In this document: piece by piece, positions 39,058-52,713 of the stretch
Numbering within the stretch: position 1 is the first letter of the stretch
How the letters are laid out: every line of letters begins with the position of its first letter
Origin: Octopus sinensis
Lineage: Eukaryota
NCBI RefSeq assembly: GCF_006345805.1
Contig: NC_042998.1
Span: 73,222,001 to 73,286,000, forward strand
Length of the DNA: 64,000 nucleotides
Direction: 5' to 3'
Position numbers and translations under genes: made by a program
Notes under the pieces: generated by a model
Database searches by the model: none
Told to the model about the DNA's origin: nothing
Seen by the model: only the letters and a program-made list of their open reading frames with translations

Positions 39058-39556
39058 GAGTCAGAGAGCAGCGCATGCCACCAAAGTGGACACTGGAGTA
39101 ACGTATACGAAGCATAGTATACCCATCATAACTACCTGTTTGATAAGGGTACACCAGGCACATATATTACAACAATATATGCACGACATGGTGATCTCAC
39201 ATCAACATGTATAGGGCATGATCTTGCAGGTGGTGCCCAGTCGGAATTTTCCTCAGGTCGAGTAGCTTATGTCACTCAAAATGTCCCTTAATAATGTTTA
39301 AAGATGTTGAACGAAATACTCATGATTCCGAAGGTCAGTTATCTAAACTCTAAAGAATTCCTCTCAATCCATGGCTATGATTGAGATGTGCATATCCTCA
39401 GCCACTAAGGGACATGCTCAAACAACTTACATGCAAATCTGTGGTATGGAGCAGAATATTTGCTGTAGCCCATCTTTTATACCAAGACAAAACAATGTAT
39501 ATGACAGCACTTCCAATCAGTTAAGAACAGAAGCCATGAGAGCGTGTCTGGCATTT
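39058..39556 (-). mobile_element. ~550-bp (AAT)n-flanked non-coding retroposon, copy 1 (diverged)
   Basis: Homologous to 39641-40100, 40150-40690 and 49560-50116; (ATT)n on both sides. Confidence 0.85.
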
Positions 39557-39576
39557 ATTATTATTATTATTATTAC

Positions 39577-39625
<49 letters not shown>

Positions 39626-39640
39626 GATATTATTATTATT

Positions 39641-40099
39641 GAGTGAGAGAGCAGTTCATGCCATCAAAGTGACACTGGGGTAAAATACGAAGCCCAATAT
39701 ACCCATCATGACTACCCTCTGATAAGGGTACTCCAGGCACATGCATCACAACCATATGTGCGCGATATGGTGATCTCATATCAAGATAACAGCACATGAC
39801 CTTGCAGGTGGGGCCCAGTTAATTTTCTTCAGGTTGAGTAGCCCATCCCGCTCACAAGGTCCCTGAATAAGGGTTGTTTAAGGATGTTGATAGAACCACC
39901 CATGTTTCCAGAGGTGAATTATTCAACCCCAAGAACCCCCCCCCCCAACACATGGCTATGATGCTCCCCCACTATTTCTGCTCGTGATCAGAGATGCACA
40001 TATCGTCAGCCACTAGGGACATGCTCAACTGTTAAGGTCAAACAACTGACAAGCAAATCTGTGGTATTGAGCAGAATATTTGCTGTAGCCCATCTTTTA

Positions 40100-40100
<1 letters not shown>
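39641..40100 (-). mobile_element. ~550-bp (AAT)n-flanked retroposon, copy 2 (5'-truncated)
   Basis: Starts gagtgagagagcagttcatgccatcaaagtgacactgggg; (ATT)n flanks. Confidence 0.9.
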
Positions 40101-40139
<39 letters not shown>

Positions 40140-40149
40140 TATTATTATT

Positions 40150-40690
40150 GAGAGAGAGAGCAGTGCATGCCATCAAAGTGACACTGGGGTAAAATATACG
40201 AAGCCCAATATACCCATCATGACTACCCGTCTGATAAGGGTACACCAGGCACATGCATCACAACCATATGTGCGCGACATGGTGATCTCATATCAAGATA
40301 AACAGCACATGACCTTGCAGGTGGGGCCCAGTTAGAATTTTCTTCAGGTTGAGTAGCCCATCCCGCTCAAAAGGTCTCTGAATAAGGGTTGTTTAAGGAT
40401 GTTGAAAGAACCACCCATGTTTCCAGAGGTGAACTATTCAAACCCCAAAGAATCCCCCCCAACACATGGCCATGATGCTCCCCCACTACTTCTGCTCGTG
40501 ATCAGAGATGCACATATCGTCAGCCACTAAGGGACATGCTCAACTGGTTAAGGTCAAACAACTGACAAGCAAATCTGTGGTATTGAGCAGAATATTTGCT
40601 GTAGCCCATCTTTTATACCAAGACAAAACGATGTACATGATAACACTTCCAATCAGTCAAGATCAGATTACACTTCCAATCAGTCAAGAT
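40150..40690 (-). mobile_element. ~550-bp (AAT)n-flanked retroposon, copy 3
   Basis: Near-identical to 49560-50116; 21-bp duplication at its truncated end (40643-40663 and 40670-40690). Confidence 0.9.
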
Positions 40691-40714
40691 TATTATTATT
40701 ATTATTATTATTAT

Positions 40715-41310
40715 TATTTCACTATTTTCCGTTTATAAAGAAAGCATTAACATTATTATTGTTGTTCCTTTTGTACTTTCGCCTTTTTATAGGGTAAGAT
40801 CCAAACACTGAGCCTGAAGTGCGAGAGGAGAGATGTCACTTGATGGACAGCATTCTCAGTACTTTATAAACGATTACAATTTATGCGATCTTCTAGACTG
40901 CATAAACATTAATATTGCCAGTGAATATTTCGATGCTATTTTTCATACGTTCTGGTGTTGCAATCACCACCGGTATTGCTTCACCTTCATATTGCACATC
41001 TTAGTGAATTTGATCCTCAAATATTTGTATTTGGCTTGCGTGGCGGTAATTCCTTCAGAAGGTATTGCAATGTCGATAGTTATACACCATTTGTTCCTCC
41101 CATCCTTGATAATAACCTCAAGTCTCTGTCAGTGTGGGTGAGCATATCCCAGGGGATGATATACTCATTATTTTTAGTGTTTATGTTTGATTTATGCTTA
41201 TATCAACCTCCCCAACATATTCTTAAATACAATTACGTCGCTATCATGTTATGCTTGTGGATACATTCAGTCTTTGCTATTAACAGGTATCCAAAGACAA
41301 GGTGATGAAT
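40715..41310 (-). mobile_element. R4/Dong-type LINE 3' end with (AAT)n tail
   Basis: HHLVFG..AKTECIHKHN..NNEYIIPWDMLTHTDR..KIA..LRMLSIK* then a short UTR running into (AAT)n. Confidence 0.75.
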
Positions 41311-41568
41311 ATTTCTTTAAATTTTCTACATAATCTACATTGTGGATCTATTCCATCCCTACTGATGAGGTATCTGGATAGGATCTTGGTGCAGGACGCT
41401 TGTTTTGTGCAGCGATTATCAAACCTCATTATGACACAGCATTGATATCAAATACTGGATTTTGCCGTGACCAGACTGAGCAAAAGGCCTTAAATAGAAC
41501 GTGTAATTCCTATGACTGTTCTAGAGACTAGATTTTTTTCAACACTCACATGACTCCCACTCTCCCTC

Positions 41569-41574
<6 letters not shown>

Positions 41575-41629
<55 letters not shown>

Positions 41630-41630
41630 T
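41575..41630. repeat. (CTAT)n microsatellite
   Basis: Direct observation. Confidence 0.95.
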
Positions 41631-41983
41631 TACCTATTACCCTATGTTAAGTGTTCCAGACGATACGATACTTCATTTTCGGGTGGGTGAGAATAGATTC
41701 TGACGGTCTGATGAAAACTGGAATGGCTTTTACTTGTGCTATTCGGGTTCCCCCATATCGCTAATATTTATTTTATGAATCAGTATATTCCGAAATGTTC
41801 CCTACCTGTTATGTCTGGAATATTTTTTGTGATGGAATTGCAGCAACAATTATGCGGCATTCTTTTTTATTATCTCATGCATAATGATACCTGGTCTACC
41901 TATTCAATCACTATTATCATCGTCATCGGCTTTAATAGCAGCAATAGTATCTGCCACAGCAGTTGTAGCAACAGCAGCAGCTA

Positions 41984-42038
<55 letters not shown>

Positions 42039-42258
42039 TACTTTATAACTGCTACTGAGCTAAACAATGGCCAGTCATTCGTATGCTGCATTTTCTGTAA
42101 GGAATAATCTTTAAGAACCATTACGTCATACATAATTACTGTTTTCCACATGTTACAATAAACAGAGAAAAGTGAAAAGAAGTGCATATAATTATACAGC
42201 ACTAAATCAACAAACAACAGCGTCTCGTATCTTTGTTAATTATAGTAATCTTCTTTAA

Positions 42259-42321
<63 letters not shown>

Positions 42322-42740
42322 TTTTTTTGTTCAAAAAATGGCAGATCTTATTTAATTACATTCTTCCTTCTATTGAAAGAAGATTTTTTTCAGTTGAAAT
42401 GACAAACGTTTTACAATTTGTGTTCACATTATTTCAGGTATTCAGTAGAGAGAACAACCTTAGACTAAACAATGCCAATTAATAGATAAACAGTTACAGC
42501 AGATAGAGTAAGTAATATGTTATAAATATACTTAAACAATCTCACACATCACTAAGTTTCTTATACTTTATTTAACATATCAGTATACTGTTTCTGTGGC
42601 AGCTGAACGTTTACGATACTAGATTACACACAAAATTTCTGCTTTCTTTTAGCAGATGTATGTTTTTAATTATTCCGCTGATTAATTTAGTACGTCTATA
42701 TATTCCTTCATTCTAATGTGATTCCAATATTTGTTCTTAC

Positions 42741-42779
42741 AGATATATAAAGTTACATATTCAATTGACAATGTGCCAT
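42741..42779 (-). CDS. Candidate 39-nt exon (GTLSIEYVTLYI)
   Basis: Long pyrimidine tract plus taag acceptor, CT|GTAAGA donor, only the phase 1 to 1 frame is open. Confidence 0.2.
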
Positions 42780-43196
42780 CTTAAACAGTACAATAAGAGA
42801 GTGACGCAAGATCACGGAAGACAATATTACTTGTAATATCGATATGATATCTCTGGAACGGTTATATTAGCATATTGTTTGCTATTTCTAATAATCTAAA
42901 GGTCAAATTTTCCACCTGTCAGATGTTTCGGACCATAAGTCTAAAATATCATTTTACATAGGAATATCATAATTTAGACATAAATACACAAACAAACATA
43001 CAAAGCACGCACACACTCGTACATATATATCATATGTACAGACAGAGGTTTGTATTAAATTTCATTATTCTATCTACTGAAAGATGTTTTTTTTTCATTT
43101 AAACAACTGGCATACGTCTTCTCTGATTCACCTTCACTTTACTTCAGATATAATATGTAGAAAATTCAATGAATTTTAAAGTATTTAGTTGTACAA

Positions 43197-43410
43197 GGCG
43201 GCGAGTTGGCAGAATCGTTAGCAAGCTGGGCCAAATTCTTAACGGCATTGAGTTCGTCTTTACATTCTGAGTTCAAATTCCGCCGAGGCCGTCTTTCCCT
43301 TCCATCCTTCCGGGGTCGATGAAATAAGTGACAGTTTAGCATTGGGTCGATGTAATCGACTAACGCCTTTCCCCGAACTTGCTGACCTTGTGGCAAAATA
43401 TGAAACCAAT
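43197..43410 (+). mobile_element. tRNA-derived SINE family B
   Basis: ggcggcgagttggcagaatcgttagc..gagttcaaattccgccgagg (B box). Confidence 0.88.
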
Positions 43411-44155
43411 GAATTTAGTGGTACAATTTGCCCTGGTACTGTCATTATTACTGAATATGTTTTCTACATTACAAGCACCTTGTGACGATAGAATAAGGAG
43501 TCCCTTGTTTCAAATGTTCTTAAATGAGTGATCCCGAAGGTGGGAATATGAATTACACATTCAGTATACTCCTTGGTGGTAATGGAAAGAATCTTTGGAT
43601 CGCTTAACCAATATTTCAAACATAGCATGCAAGTGCATGTGAAGATATGCCGGATGTGATTAAGGAGGTGTAACTGGAAGATTCTATCGCGTGCCTTTCA
43701 GCATGCATGTGCGGGGACATTGGGATTCGTATGTAACGCTTTGTTTTTATTTTTGTGCTTCTATACGTGTACCTGCGTGTGCGTGTATGTGCGTGTCATT
43801 GTGCATCTGTCTGTGTGCATGTGTGCGTGTAAGTACAATACGTAGTTAATAAAAACTGGAGAGCAATGTAGTGGCATGTTTGCAGCAGTGTTATATAAAA
43901 TATCATGTTGTTTGAGGAGTAGTGGCTAGTAGTGATTGGAATACTGTTTACACATATTTTTTAAGGGCAGTGAACAGTTAAGATAAAAGCTAATTCGAGG
44001 TTCAGCGTTGGAGAAAATAGTTTAACGGAGTCCCGGTAAAAATCACTGTTTGACCTCGGTGAGGTAAGAATAGCATGTTTAATACAAGGAAGACAAAGCC
44101 TCTCAGTTCCTCTGATACATTAATCGCCTTGTGATAGAGACATCAACCCAGTGAA

Positions 44156-44520
44156 GGCGCAATGGCCCAGTAGTTAGGGCAGCGGACTCGCGGTCGTAAG
44201 AAGGCGGTTTGATTCTCAGATCGGGCATTGTGAGTTTTTATTGAACAAAAGCACCTAAGATCCACGAGGTTCCGGCGGGGTGGGGTGAAGCCCGCTGTAC
44301 TCTTTCACCACAACTTTCTCTCACTATTTCTTCCTGCTTCTGCCACAAAGCTGAGGAACTATGGTGTAACCCACTATGGTGTGGTAAACTTTCAGACCCC
44401 GGTGTAGATTGCAAATCCACTGTCCCCCAGGATGGTTTAGCTCTCCACCCGTTAAAAGCCACCGTTTACGGAATGAGGATGACAACGTAGCTTTCGCGCC
44501 CGTGTAACCGCCAGTCAATC
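44156..44520 (+). mobile_element. tRNA-derived SINE family C
   Basis: ggcgcaatggcccagtagttagggcagcggactcgcgg..ggtttgattc (A/B-box-like head) followed by a non-tRNA body. Confidence 0.7.
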
Positions 44521-44624
44521 GCGTGTGGTGGGTGGATTTTCAAGTTGCCGCACGCATTCTTAGTAGCTTAGAGTAGGTTCGAATTAGAGATTATTCTTTA
44601 GGGCTAATGGCGCGAGTCCTGATT

Positions 44625-44755
44625 AGAAGAAGAAGAAGAAGAAGAAGAAGAAGAAGAAGAAGAAGAAGAAGAAGAAGAAGAAGAAGAAGAAAAAGAAGAA
44701 GATCAAGAACAAGAACAAGAACAAGAAGAACAAGAAGAAGAAAAAGAAGATCAAC
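44625..44755. repeat. (AGA)n grading into (AGAACA)n
   Basis: Direct observation. Confidence 0.95.
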
Positions 44756-44835
44756 AGATGATATTTGCATGTAATACATGCATATGATATAGTGTCAAGT
44801 ATTACATTACCAATTAATACTTAACTATAGGATAT

Positions 44836-45120
44836 ACGAGGGGCATTCTAGTAGTTTGGGCACTTTTATTTGGGGGGCAGTCATAAGTGCTCAAGGTTAT
44901 TATAATTACAGTATATTATTACAAAAAATCTAATAAGCTAAACTGCCAATTTTTTTTCCAGACTGAAGGAGACAGCTGTAAGAGCACTTTAGAGGCATAT
45001 GCTAGTCACATCCGGCTAGTTTGTAGATAGTAGTAGAAGCCTGAAGACTATTTGGAAGCTCCCTGTGCAATAAAGTTTTGTGCTAAACTGGGTAGAAACG
45101 CAACAGAAAATTAAAAATGC
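44836..45120 (+). mobile_element. Mariner-type transposon 5' fragment
   Basis: TA|CGAGGGGCATTC terminus and CAIKFCAKLGRNATE, resembling the mariner N-terminus AIKFCxxLGKxAxET. Confidence 0.65.
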
Positions 45121-45127
45121 TCTAGAC

Positions 45128-45422
45128 CAGTGCTACTTAAAATGGTGGTCCTGCGCTTACCTGCAAGCCATCAGCTGCAGGTACGCGGCAAGTTTGCAGA
45201 AAAGAAAGAAACTTAATAAAAATGCTTTTAAAATTCTTATGTAATGTATTATTTATTTACAAAATAAATTATAAGATTAAAAATATTGTCAGCTTTTATT
45301 ATATTCATTATATATTTTGTTTCCGGTATAAATTAATATAACTAAGAAATATTACCAGTACCTAGTACCTTAAGAAAAAAAGAACTGCCAGTACGCCACA
45401 TCAGCTAGTTGGAGAACCTCTG
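45128..45422. mobile_element. hAT (Buster/Charlie-like) MITE
   Basis: Ends cagtgctactt and ggagaacctctg; 8-bp TSD ctctagac (45120-27) and ctcttgac (45423-30) fit the NTCTAGAN target. Confidence 0.8.
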
Positions 45423-45735
45423 CTCTTGACCACATTCACAGACATACCGCATTCGAACAGTAAAGTAACATTATATTCGGTGCTTCTAAAGTTTATTTAT
45501 AGTATAAATATGTGTCTCTGTGTGTGCATGTGTGTGTGTGTGTCATTATTCAATTTATTTCAAGATTTCTTGCCAATACAGAAATAACCAGTTTCTAATC
45601 TAGTGGCTCTTTCATTTGAATTTCAACACCAACAGAGTATTTTTGTTCGTATGCATGTATGTATGTATTAATGTGCAGATTTGTATATTTTGTGTGTATT
45701 CCCATTCATATAGTTGCATATCTAAACATGCTCAT

Positions 45736-45815
45736 ATATGTAAATAATGTAAATAATGTACGTGCTCATATATGTAAAAAATATACATAATTCCTCATCT
45801 CTTAAATATATAACT
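45736..45815 (+). repeat. Isolated tail of the hammerhead-bearing element
   Basis: atgtaaataatgtaaataatgtac..cataattcctcatctcttaaatata matches 54811-54860. Confidence 0.6.
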
Positions 45816-45849
45816 GGACGTTCATATATATTTAAATGCTAAACTTCTG

Positions 45850-47990
45850 GTAAGTTTTACAGATTTTTTATAGTTCCAGTGGTGGATTGGATCTGTCGTT
45901 TTCGAATTAGCTTTCTCCTTTCTGGTTTTGAGAAGCTTATTTTCTCCAGATTGGTATTTAGGCAGATTTTTACATATCTCAAGGCCCCAATAAGCACATG
46001 TATAAACCTGAACTTGTAATCTGGATAGAGTAACTGCAGATTTCTCAATACTTCAGCATGTGTGTTCTCCTTTTCACTGATCTTCAGCTTTATGTTAACA
46101 TCGGCTGGGCAGCTAATTTTCACAACTATGCACTGTTTCTCTTCTCTATCCCAAATCATTATATCAGGTTTGTTGTTCTTATATTTTATTGGAGTCTTCA
46201 TTGGTACATTCCAACAGTATTCCTTTTTATTATGAAGGGCTATATTTTCACCTATATAGTGGGTTCTTATTCCTTTGTCCTCGAGATTATTCTTTCGACG
46301 GATTTCATTATAGATTACTCTAGCTTCATTATCTTTCATCGGTAGATATTACCATGATGATATTTTCGGATGCTTATGATGTGCGTAATATTTTCAGCGT
46401 GAACTCCACAAAGTCTGTATCGGTTGTCACATTTTACGGCTTTCCTGCATCTCTATCTCTTTTGTGCATCAGGTACTTAGTTGATATTTTTTGCATCTTG
46501 TTTGCAAACGCATACCCTTCAAAGTGGGAAGTAGTAATCTGGCAATTGGTCCATGAATAACTGCTTTGATGATCTATGTTACCATCATCATGGAGCTTTC
46601 TACTGGTATATACATGCATAGTCTTCTGCTCATATAGACTCATCATTTTATCTGATAATACGTTGCGGTAGGGTCGTGCGATTTTTTGGGGTATGTATTC
46701 TAGGTTATTAGACAAAGAATGTTGTTCAAGGAGCTGCCTGCCAAGTTTCATGAGGTTATCATCCTTGGTCAAGGGCTGCACTTCGACACTTCGTGGTTAG
46801 AAGATGTTTCCGAACAGATATGATGCGACATTCAAAGGCATTTTGGACTGATGTTAAGCCTCTCCCGCCTTGTTTTCATGTTAGGTAGAGGCGGTCTACT
46901 TCACTATGCATGTGGCAATTATGTGTGCTTGTTAGTATTTTTCGGGTTTTCACATCAATGGATGGAATTTCCTCAAGCGTCCGATCAAGCAGCTCAAATC
47001 TTGGTATGAGTACTGGTACTGCAAACACATTGTGGGCCACTGTTCTATTGAATGCAGAGAGTTCTGAGGTCCAAATTTTCTTTATTCGGCGTGTAATGTC
47101 GGTATTTCTGTTTCCCTGTGAACCTATGAGATATCCCTCAGACTTCCTTAACATGAATGATAAGGGGTTAACAGAAAGTATAAACAACATCACAGATATG
47201 CTGTCTCCTTGGGATATGCCTTTGAGATACTGTATTCTATTGGTGATGATACAACCCTCTTTGTGTTTAATTTGAAGATGGTGACCCACGATGAAGTCAG
47301 GTCAGCTATGGCTTTGACTATTTTCACTGGAACTTTAGAAAGTTGAAGAGCTTATAGGATCCATGAGTGGAGAACAGAGTCAAAGGATTTCTTGTAATCT
47401 ATCCCCATTGAAATGTCGCACCTCTGACATCATTGTTTTGTTGATTAACCGTTGCTCGGCACATCCCCAGATTTCTTTCTTCCCAGCTACTTGTTCTGCA
47501 GTGATAAAGTTATTGGTTTCACAATGGTCCTGGAGGAAGAGGTTTAAACATGCTGTATATAACTTATTAAGTTCTCGCATGCAATTGGCCGGTGGTCTTT
47601 TGTCATATAGTTGGTTCTGCATTTGGGGATCAATTTTGTCTCTACTAGAGCTAGCCAGTACGGTATGCTACAATTCCCAATGAAAGCTTGCTGGTACAGA
47701 TTGGTAAAATATGGTCGATAGAATGCTAGCTTCTTGTACCAATATCCAACAATCAAGTATCTTCCAAGTGCTTTTCCATCCTGGAGTTTCTGGATCACAG
47801 AATTTCACTGTGAATGTTGTATGTTTTGGATGTAACGCAGGAGCAATAACTTTTTCGAGTTTCTTCCAGCCACAGAGCTTCTTGCTTAAATTCCTTCACT
47901 TCACACTAGATTTTCCTCCAGAAGGAATCTATGTCTTCTCGTGAGGAAGCTTCCGTGATGTTGACCGCTCCTCCTCTCATGATTCTGTAT
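45850..47990 (-). mobile_element. R4/Dong-type REL LINE, large fragment with RT-core deletion
   Basis: HRPIAC, EQVAGKK..WGCAEQRLINK, KGISQGDSISVMLFILSVNPLS, EVDRLYL, TTSHFEGYAFA and NKPDIMIWDREEK..ISCPAD (REL). Confidence 0.92.
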
Positions 47991-48629
47991 ACTGCTGCCT
48001 GGTCGCGGTAAATGTATGTATGTATGTATATATATGTATTAATGTATGTATGTATGTATTTATGTATGCATATATGTATGTATTTATGTAGGTTTGTAGG
48101 TAGGTAGGTAGGTAGGTAGGTAGGCAGGTAGGTAGGTATAAATATATGTATGAATATATGTATGTATTCCCGATAATATGCTCTTATTAATTTGTTAGAT
48201 TTATGGTTTCTGTGTTGCTTATATAGATAAAAATCCTGATTAGATGGCAGAAACTGCAGTGATTTATATATAAACCTATGAAGTAATCATAGAAGAGATT
48301 TTTTATTAAATTCTATCAATAATCACTTCCACTCCACTTTATACATTTATATTACATTACTGCGAATTTCTATAAGTAAAGGAACGCAAAATAACTTTCA
48401 GGAAATTATCAAGAGACATGCAGTAAGTATTATCATAATATTCTTCTTTTCAATTATGACAATAGTCAAATATATTCAAACGTACTGATTCTTCTCTTTT
48501 TCTCTGGTGACAATGTTTAATGAATTTGACTTTTGTTGAGAAATAACAAATTTCACACATAAACTAGATCTATCTATGTTTATATATTAGCTACGGCATA
48601 AAATATATATTTCCGTGCATGTGCGTATT

Positions 48630-48667
48630 GTGTGCTTACACACACACGCACACACACACACACACAC

Positions 48668-48702
<35 letters not shown>

Positions 48703-48725
48703 GCACACACACACACACACACACG
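48630..48725. repeat. (CA)n microsatellite
   Basis: Direct observation. Confidence 0.95.
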
Positions 48726-49166
48726 TATAAATATATACTTACATGGATATTTAAACGTATATACATTCGCGCATACTCATGCACATGCAAATTTTAATGT
48801 AACAGCTGACATTTTTCCTTCAAGTGATTTTAAATTCTAGAAACCTATAAATGTAAATATAACAAGACGCAAAACCTTATGAATGATTAGAGAGATCTTA
48901 AACAACGAGAATTTGACTTATCTGATTGGTTACTCTGCCTTGCGGAGGCGTAACTCAGAAAGGCTACTTCTATTCAAGTACCTAATATCGTACATTTTCT
49001 AATCTTGGCTATTATTTCAGAATTTGTTCGTATTCTTACTATGAGATTTTATATAATACCACCTTATTAAGTATGACACATTTGAAGTAGCTAGTTTTCT
49101 TGATACATTATTTACATTGATTACATTATTTACATTTGACGAATATTTGTTCTCATCTTTCTTGTT

Positions 49167-49211
49167 AACAGAAAGTTCCGGCTGATATACCTCCAGCCTT
49201 CATCAGGTGTC
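49167..49211 (-). ncRNA. Degenerate minimal hammerhead ribozyme (copy Z)
   Basis: GACAC-CTGATGA-A-GGCTG..CAGCC-GGAACTTT: GAAA and the palindrome are mutated. Confidence 0.6.
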
Positions 49212-49263
49212 TTCGGAGCATTTCGAACCTGGGTTCTCACTCCTAAGGTATATTCCGATGTCA

Positions 49264-49559
<296 letters not shown>

Positions 49560-50113
49560 GAGTGAGAGAGCAGTTCATGCCATCAAAGTGACACTGGGGT
49601 AAAATATACGAAGCCCAATATACTCATCATGACTACCCGTCTGATAAGGGTACACCAGGCACATGCATCACAACCATATGTGCGCGACATGGTGATCTCA
49701 TATCAAGATAAACAGCACATGAACTTGCAGGTGGGGCCCAGTTAGAATTTTCTTCAGGTTGAGTAGCCCATCCCGCTCAAAAGGTCCCTGAATAAGGGTT
49801 GTTTAAGGATGTTGAAAGAACCACCCATGTTTCCAGAGGTGAACTATTCAAACCCCAAAGAATCCCTCTCAACACATGGCTATGATGCTCCCCCACTACT
49901 TCTGCTCGTGATCAGAGATGCACATATCGTCAGCCACTAAGGGACATCCTCAACTGGTTAAGGTCAAACAACTGACAAGTAAATCTGTGGTATTGAGCAG
50001 AATATTTGCTGTAGCCCATCTTTTATACTAAGACAAAACAACGTACATGATAACACTTCCAATCAGTTAAGATCAGAAGCCATGAGAGCCACTGCCTGGT
50101 ACTGCATCAGGGC

Positions 50114-50116
<3 letters not shown>
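49560..50116 (-). mobile_element. ~550-bp (AAT)n-flanked retroposon, copy 4 (longest)
   Basis: Minus 5' aaatgccctgatgcagtaccaggc to 3' ctctctcactc(AAT)n. Confidence 0.9.
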
Positions 50117-50144
<28 letters not shown>

Positions 50145-50147
<3 letters not shown>

Positions 50148-50396
50148 TAGTTTTATTTTTATAGCGTGCTTTCACTTCACTACGGAGCGCAGCTCTGTGT
50201 GCCTTGGGTATGTGCTGTGATTTGTTGTGATGCTCTGATGGTTATTTTATGGAAAGTGTTCTGCGTAGGATGTGTGCAGTGCCTAGTAGTGCAATTTTCT
50301 GTATGTTATATGTGTTTGTAAGTCCTGGTGTTTTTGTTATGTATTTGTCTGAATATTTTTTTATCATGCCTAATGCACCTACTATGATAGGAATTT
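50145..50396 (-). mobile_element. R4/Dong-type LINE extreme 3' end
   Basis: IPIIVGALGMIKKYSDKYITKTPGL..IQKIALLGTAHILRRTLSIK* plus ~100-nt UTR plus (AAT)n tail. Confidence 0.9.
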
Positions 50397-50409
50397 ATTA
50401 TTATTATTA

Positions 50410-50461
<52 letters not shown>

Positions 50462-50549
50462 GCTTGGAATCGATTTCGGAATCTTGGGGTAGGTAGACCG
50501 CGCTCTTAACCACTACGCCATATGCTTCTCTGATGACGGGTATGTGCCG

Positions 50550-50960
<411 letters not shown>

Positions 50961-51614
50961 TTTCTGATTTTATAAATATAGGTCTGTAGTTTTCTTTATG
51001 TTTTATATTAGAAAGAGCAAGCTTTTGTCTTGTCTTTTGTATGTCATTCCAGGCCGATGAGAATGCAGCTTGGTTTATGTTTCGCACTATTATATATGCA
51101 TGAAGTGAAAGGTTAACATAAAGCAATTGAAATGGGATGATCTTACGTAGAGAAACGATATATGAAAAATAATTTGAGTAGGGACTTAGAATAAAAATGG
51201 TGAGCGGCAAATAGATGTGTGGGGCTAATTATTCAATGTGAATATATGCAGTTAGCTGGAGTATTAAACAGATGTTTGAACATCAATAAATATAAATCAG
51301 TAAAGTTACGAAATGTTTCAATGATTGGAAGTTTGTCATTCAGTCAGAATGCCATATTTTCTCTATAATGTTATTTTGTCTCATGGCAGCACTATGGCTG
51401 CATCAATTGTGACATGAATAGCAGTACACCACTGTTAGTCCAACAAGGAATTCACAGTGGATTGGTACCTGATCAGTGCCGAGTGCCTCATTAAAAATTA
51501 CGGAAGATTATAATATAACCCGCGTGAAAAGAGGAAGGTAGAAAAAATGTTTATGTATACAGCTTACACTTGATAGAAAAGTATGCAGTTTCAGTGTTAG
51601 GTGATCAGGATTAC

Positions 51615-51797
51615 TGTATCCCGCCAAAGCATAGATGCGTCGTTGCAATCCATAAGCGTGTTAATAGCTTTCGATTTTTCTGTACTTCCAGTACAGATTT
51701 CAACAAAGATTCTATGAGTACGTGAATGAGAGTATACATGCACGTAGGCTTAGACTCTCCAAAACAGAGATGAGTACCAATATCCGCATATGATACG
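51615..51797 (-). CDS. Candidate 183-nt exon with LRR-like motif (VSYADIGTHLCFGESKP..KNRKLLTRLWIATTHLCFGGI)
   Basis: ttttcaag acceptor, CA|GTAATC donor, phase 2 to 2, internal THLCFG repeat; LTRLWIATTHLCFGGI is in register with RI-like LxxLxLxxNxLxxxG. Confidence 0.35.
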
Positions 51798-52300
51798 CTT
51801 GAAAATTTGTAAAGCATCTTCTACATAAAACCATTGGTATTATTTTTAACCCGGAAATTTAAAAAAAATAAGTTATCATATCTGCTATCTTTATCTCATT
51901 ATCACCTATTGCCTAACAACTCTATTGCTTAAACTCGTAGTGTCTACCTACAATGCCTAGTTACTACGCAGTAGCGTATTTCTGCATACAACAAACAGCG
52001 GCCGGAATACACGCTTATTTGGCCGATAGAATGTCAATCCTTCCAGACAACCAGCCTACATATAGGGACGCATATGCCTGTGATTTCGCATGCACATATA
52101 TTTTTAATGCGTATTCACGATATTTCCCATTTGGTATTAGCAAATATAATCTATTTTCAATTTCATTCCCTTGAAATAATAAACTCAAGAAAATAATTAG
52201 AGACAGAGGAGCTGTGTCTCCCTACGTTCCTTTTATCCAACTAGTCTTCCTAGCTAAATATATAATTTTATCAATAACATTTATCAATGCTATGTCTTAC

Positions 52301-52314
52301 CTGTTGTTATATGT
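52301..52314 (-). CDS. Candidate 14-nt micro-exon (TYNN/S)
   Basis: taattttcttgcag|ACATATAACAACAG|gtaaga; phase 0 to 2 joins in frame to 51797. Confidence 0.4.
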
Positions 52315-52384
52315 CTGCAAGAAAATTACTTATATGTAAATTTTAATCACAAATACATACACAGACACAGGTGTATACAAATAT

Positions 52385-52385
52385 A

Positions 52386-52424
<39 letters not shown>

Positions 52425-52434
52425 ACACACACAC

Positions 52435-52491
<57 letters not shown>

Positions 52492-52604
52492 TATATATAT
52501 ATATATATACATGCGTGTATATATTTATATATGTGTATATATGCATGTATATATATACACACATATGCATAGGTATATATACATACATATGCATGCATAG
52601 ATAA

Positions 52605-52635
<31 letters not shown>

Positions 52636-52680
52636 ATTATATAAGTATCTGTTTATATATATGCATACTTGTGTAGGTGC

Positions 52681-52713
<33 letters not shown>

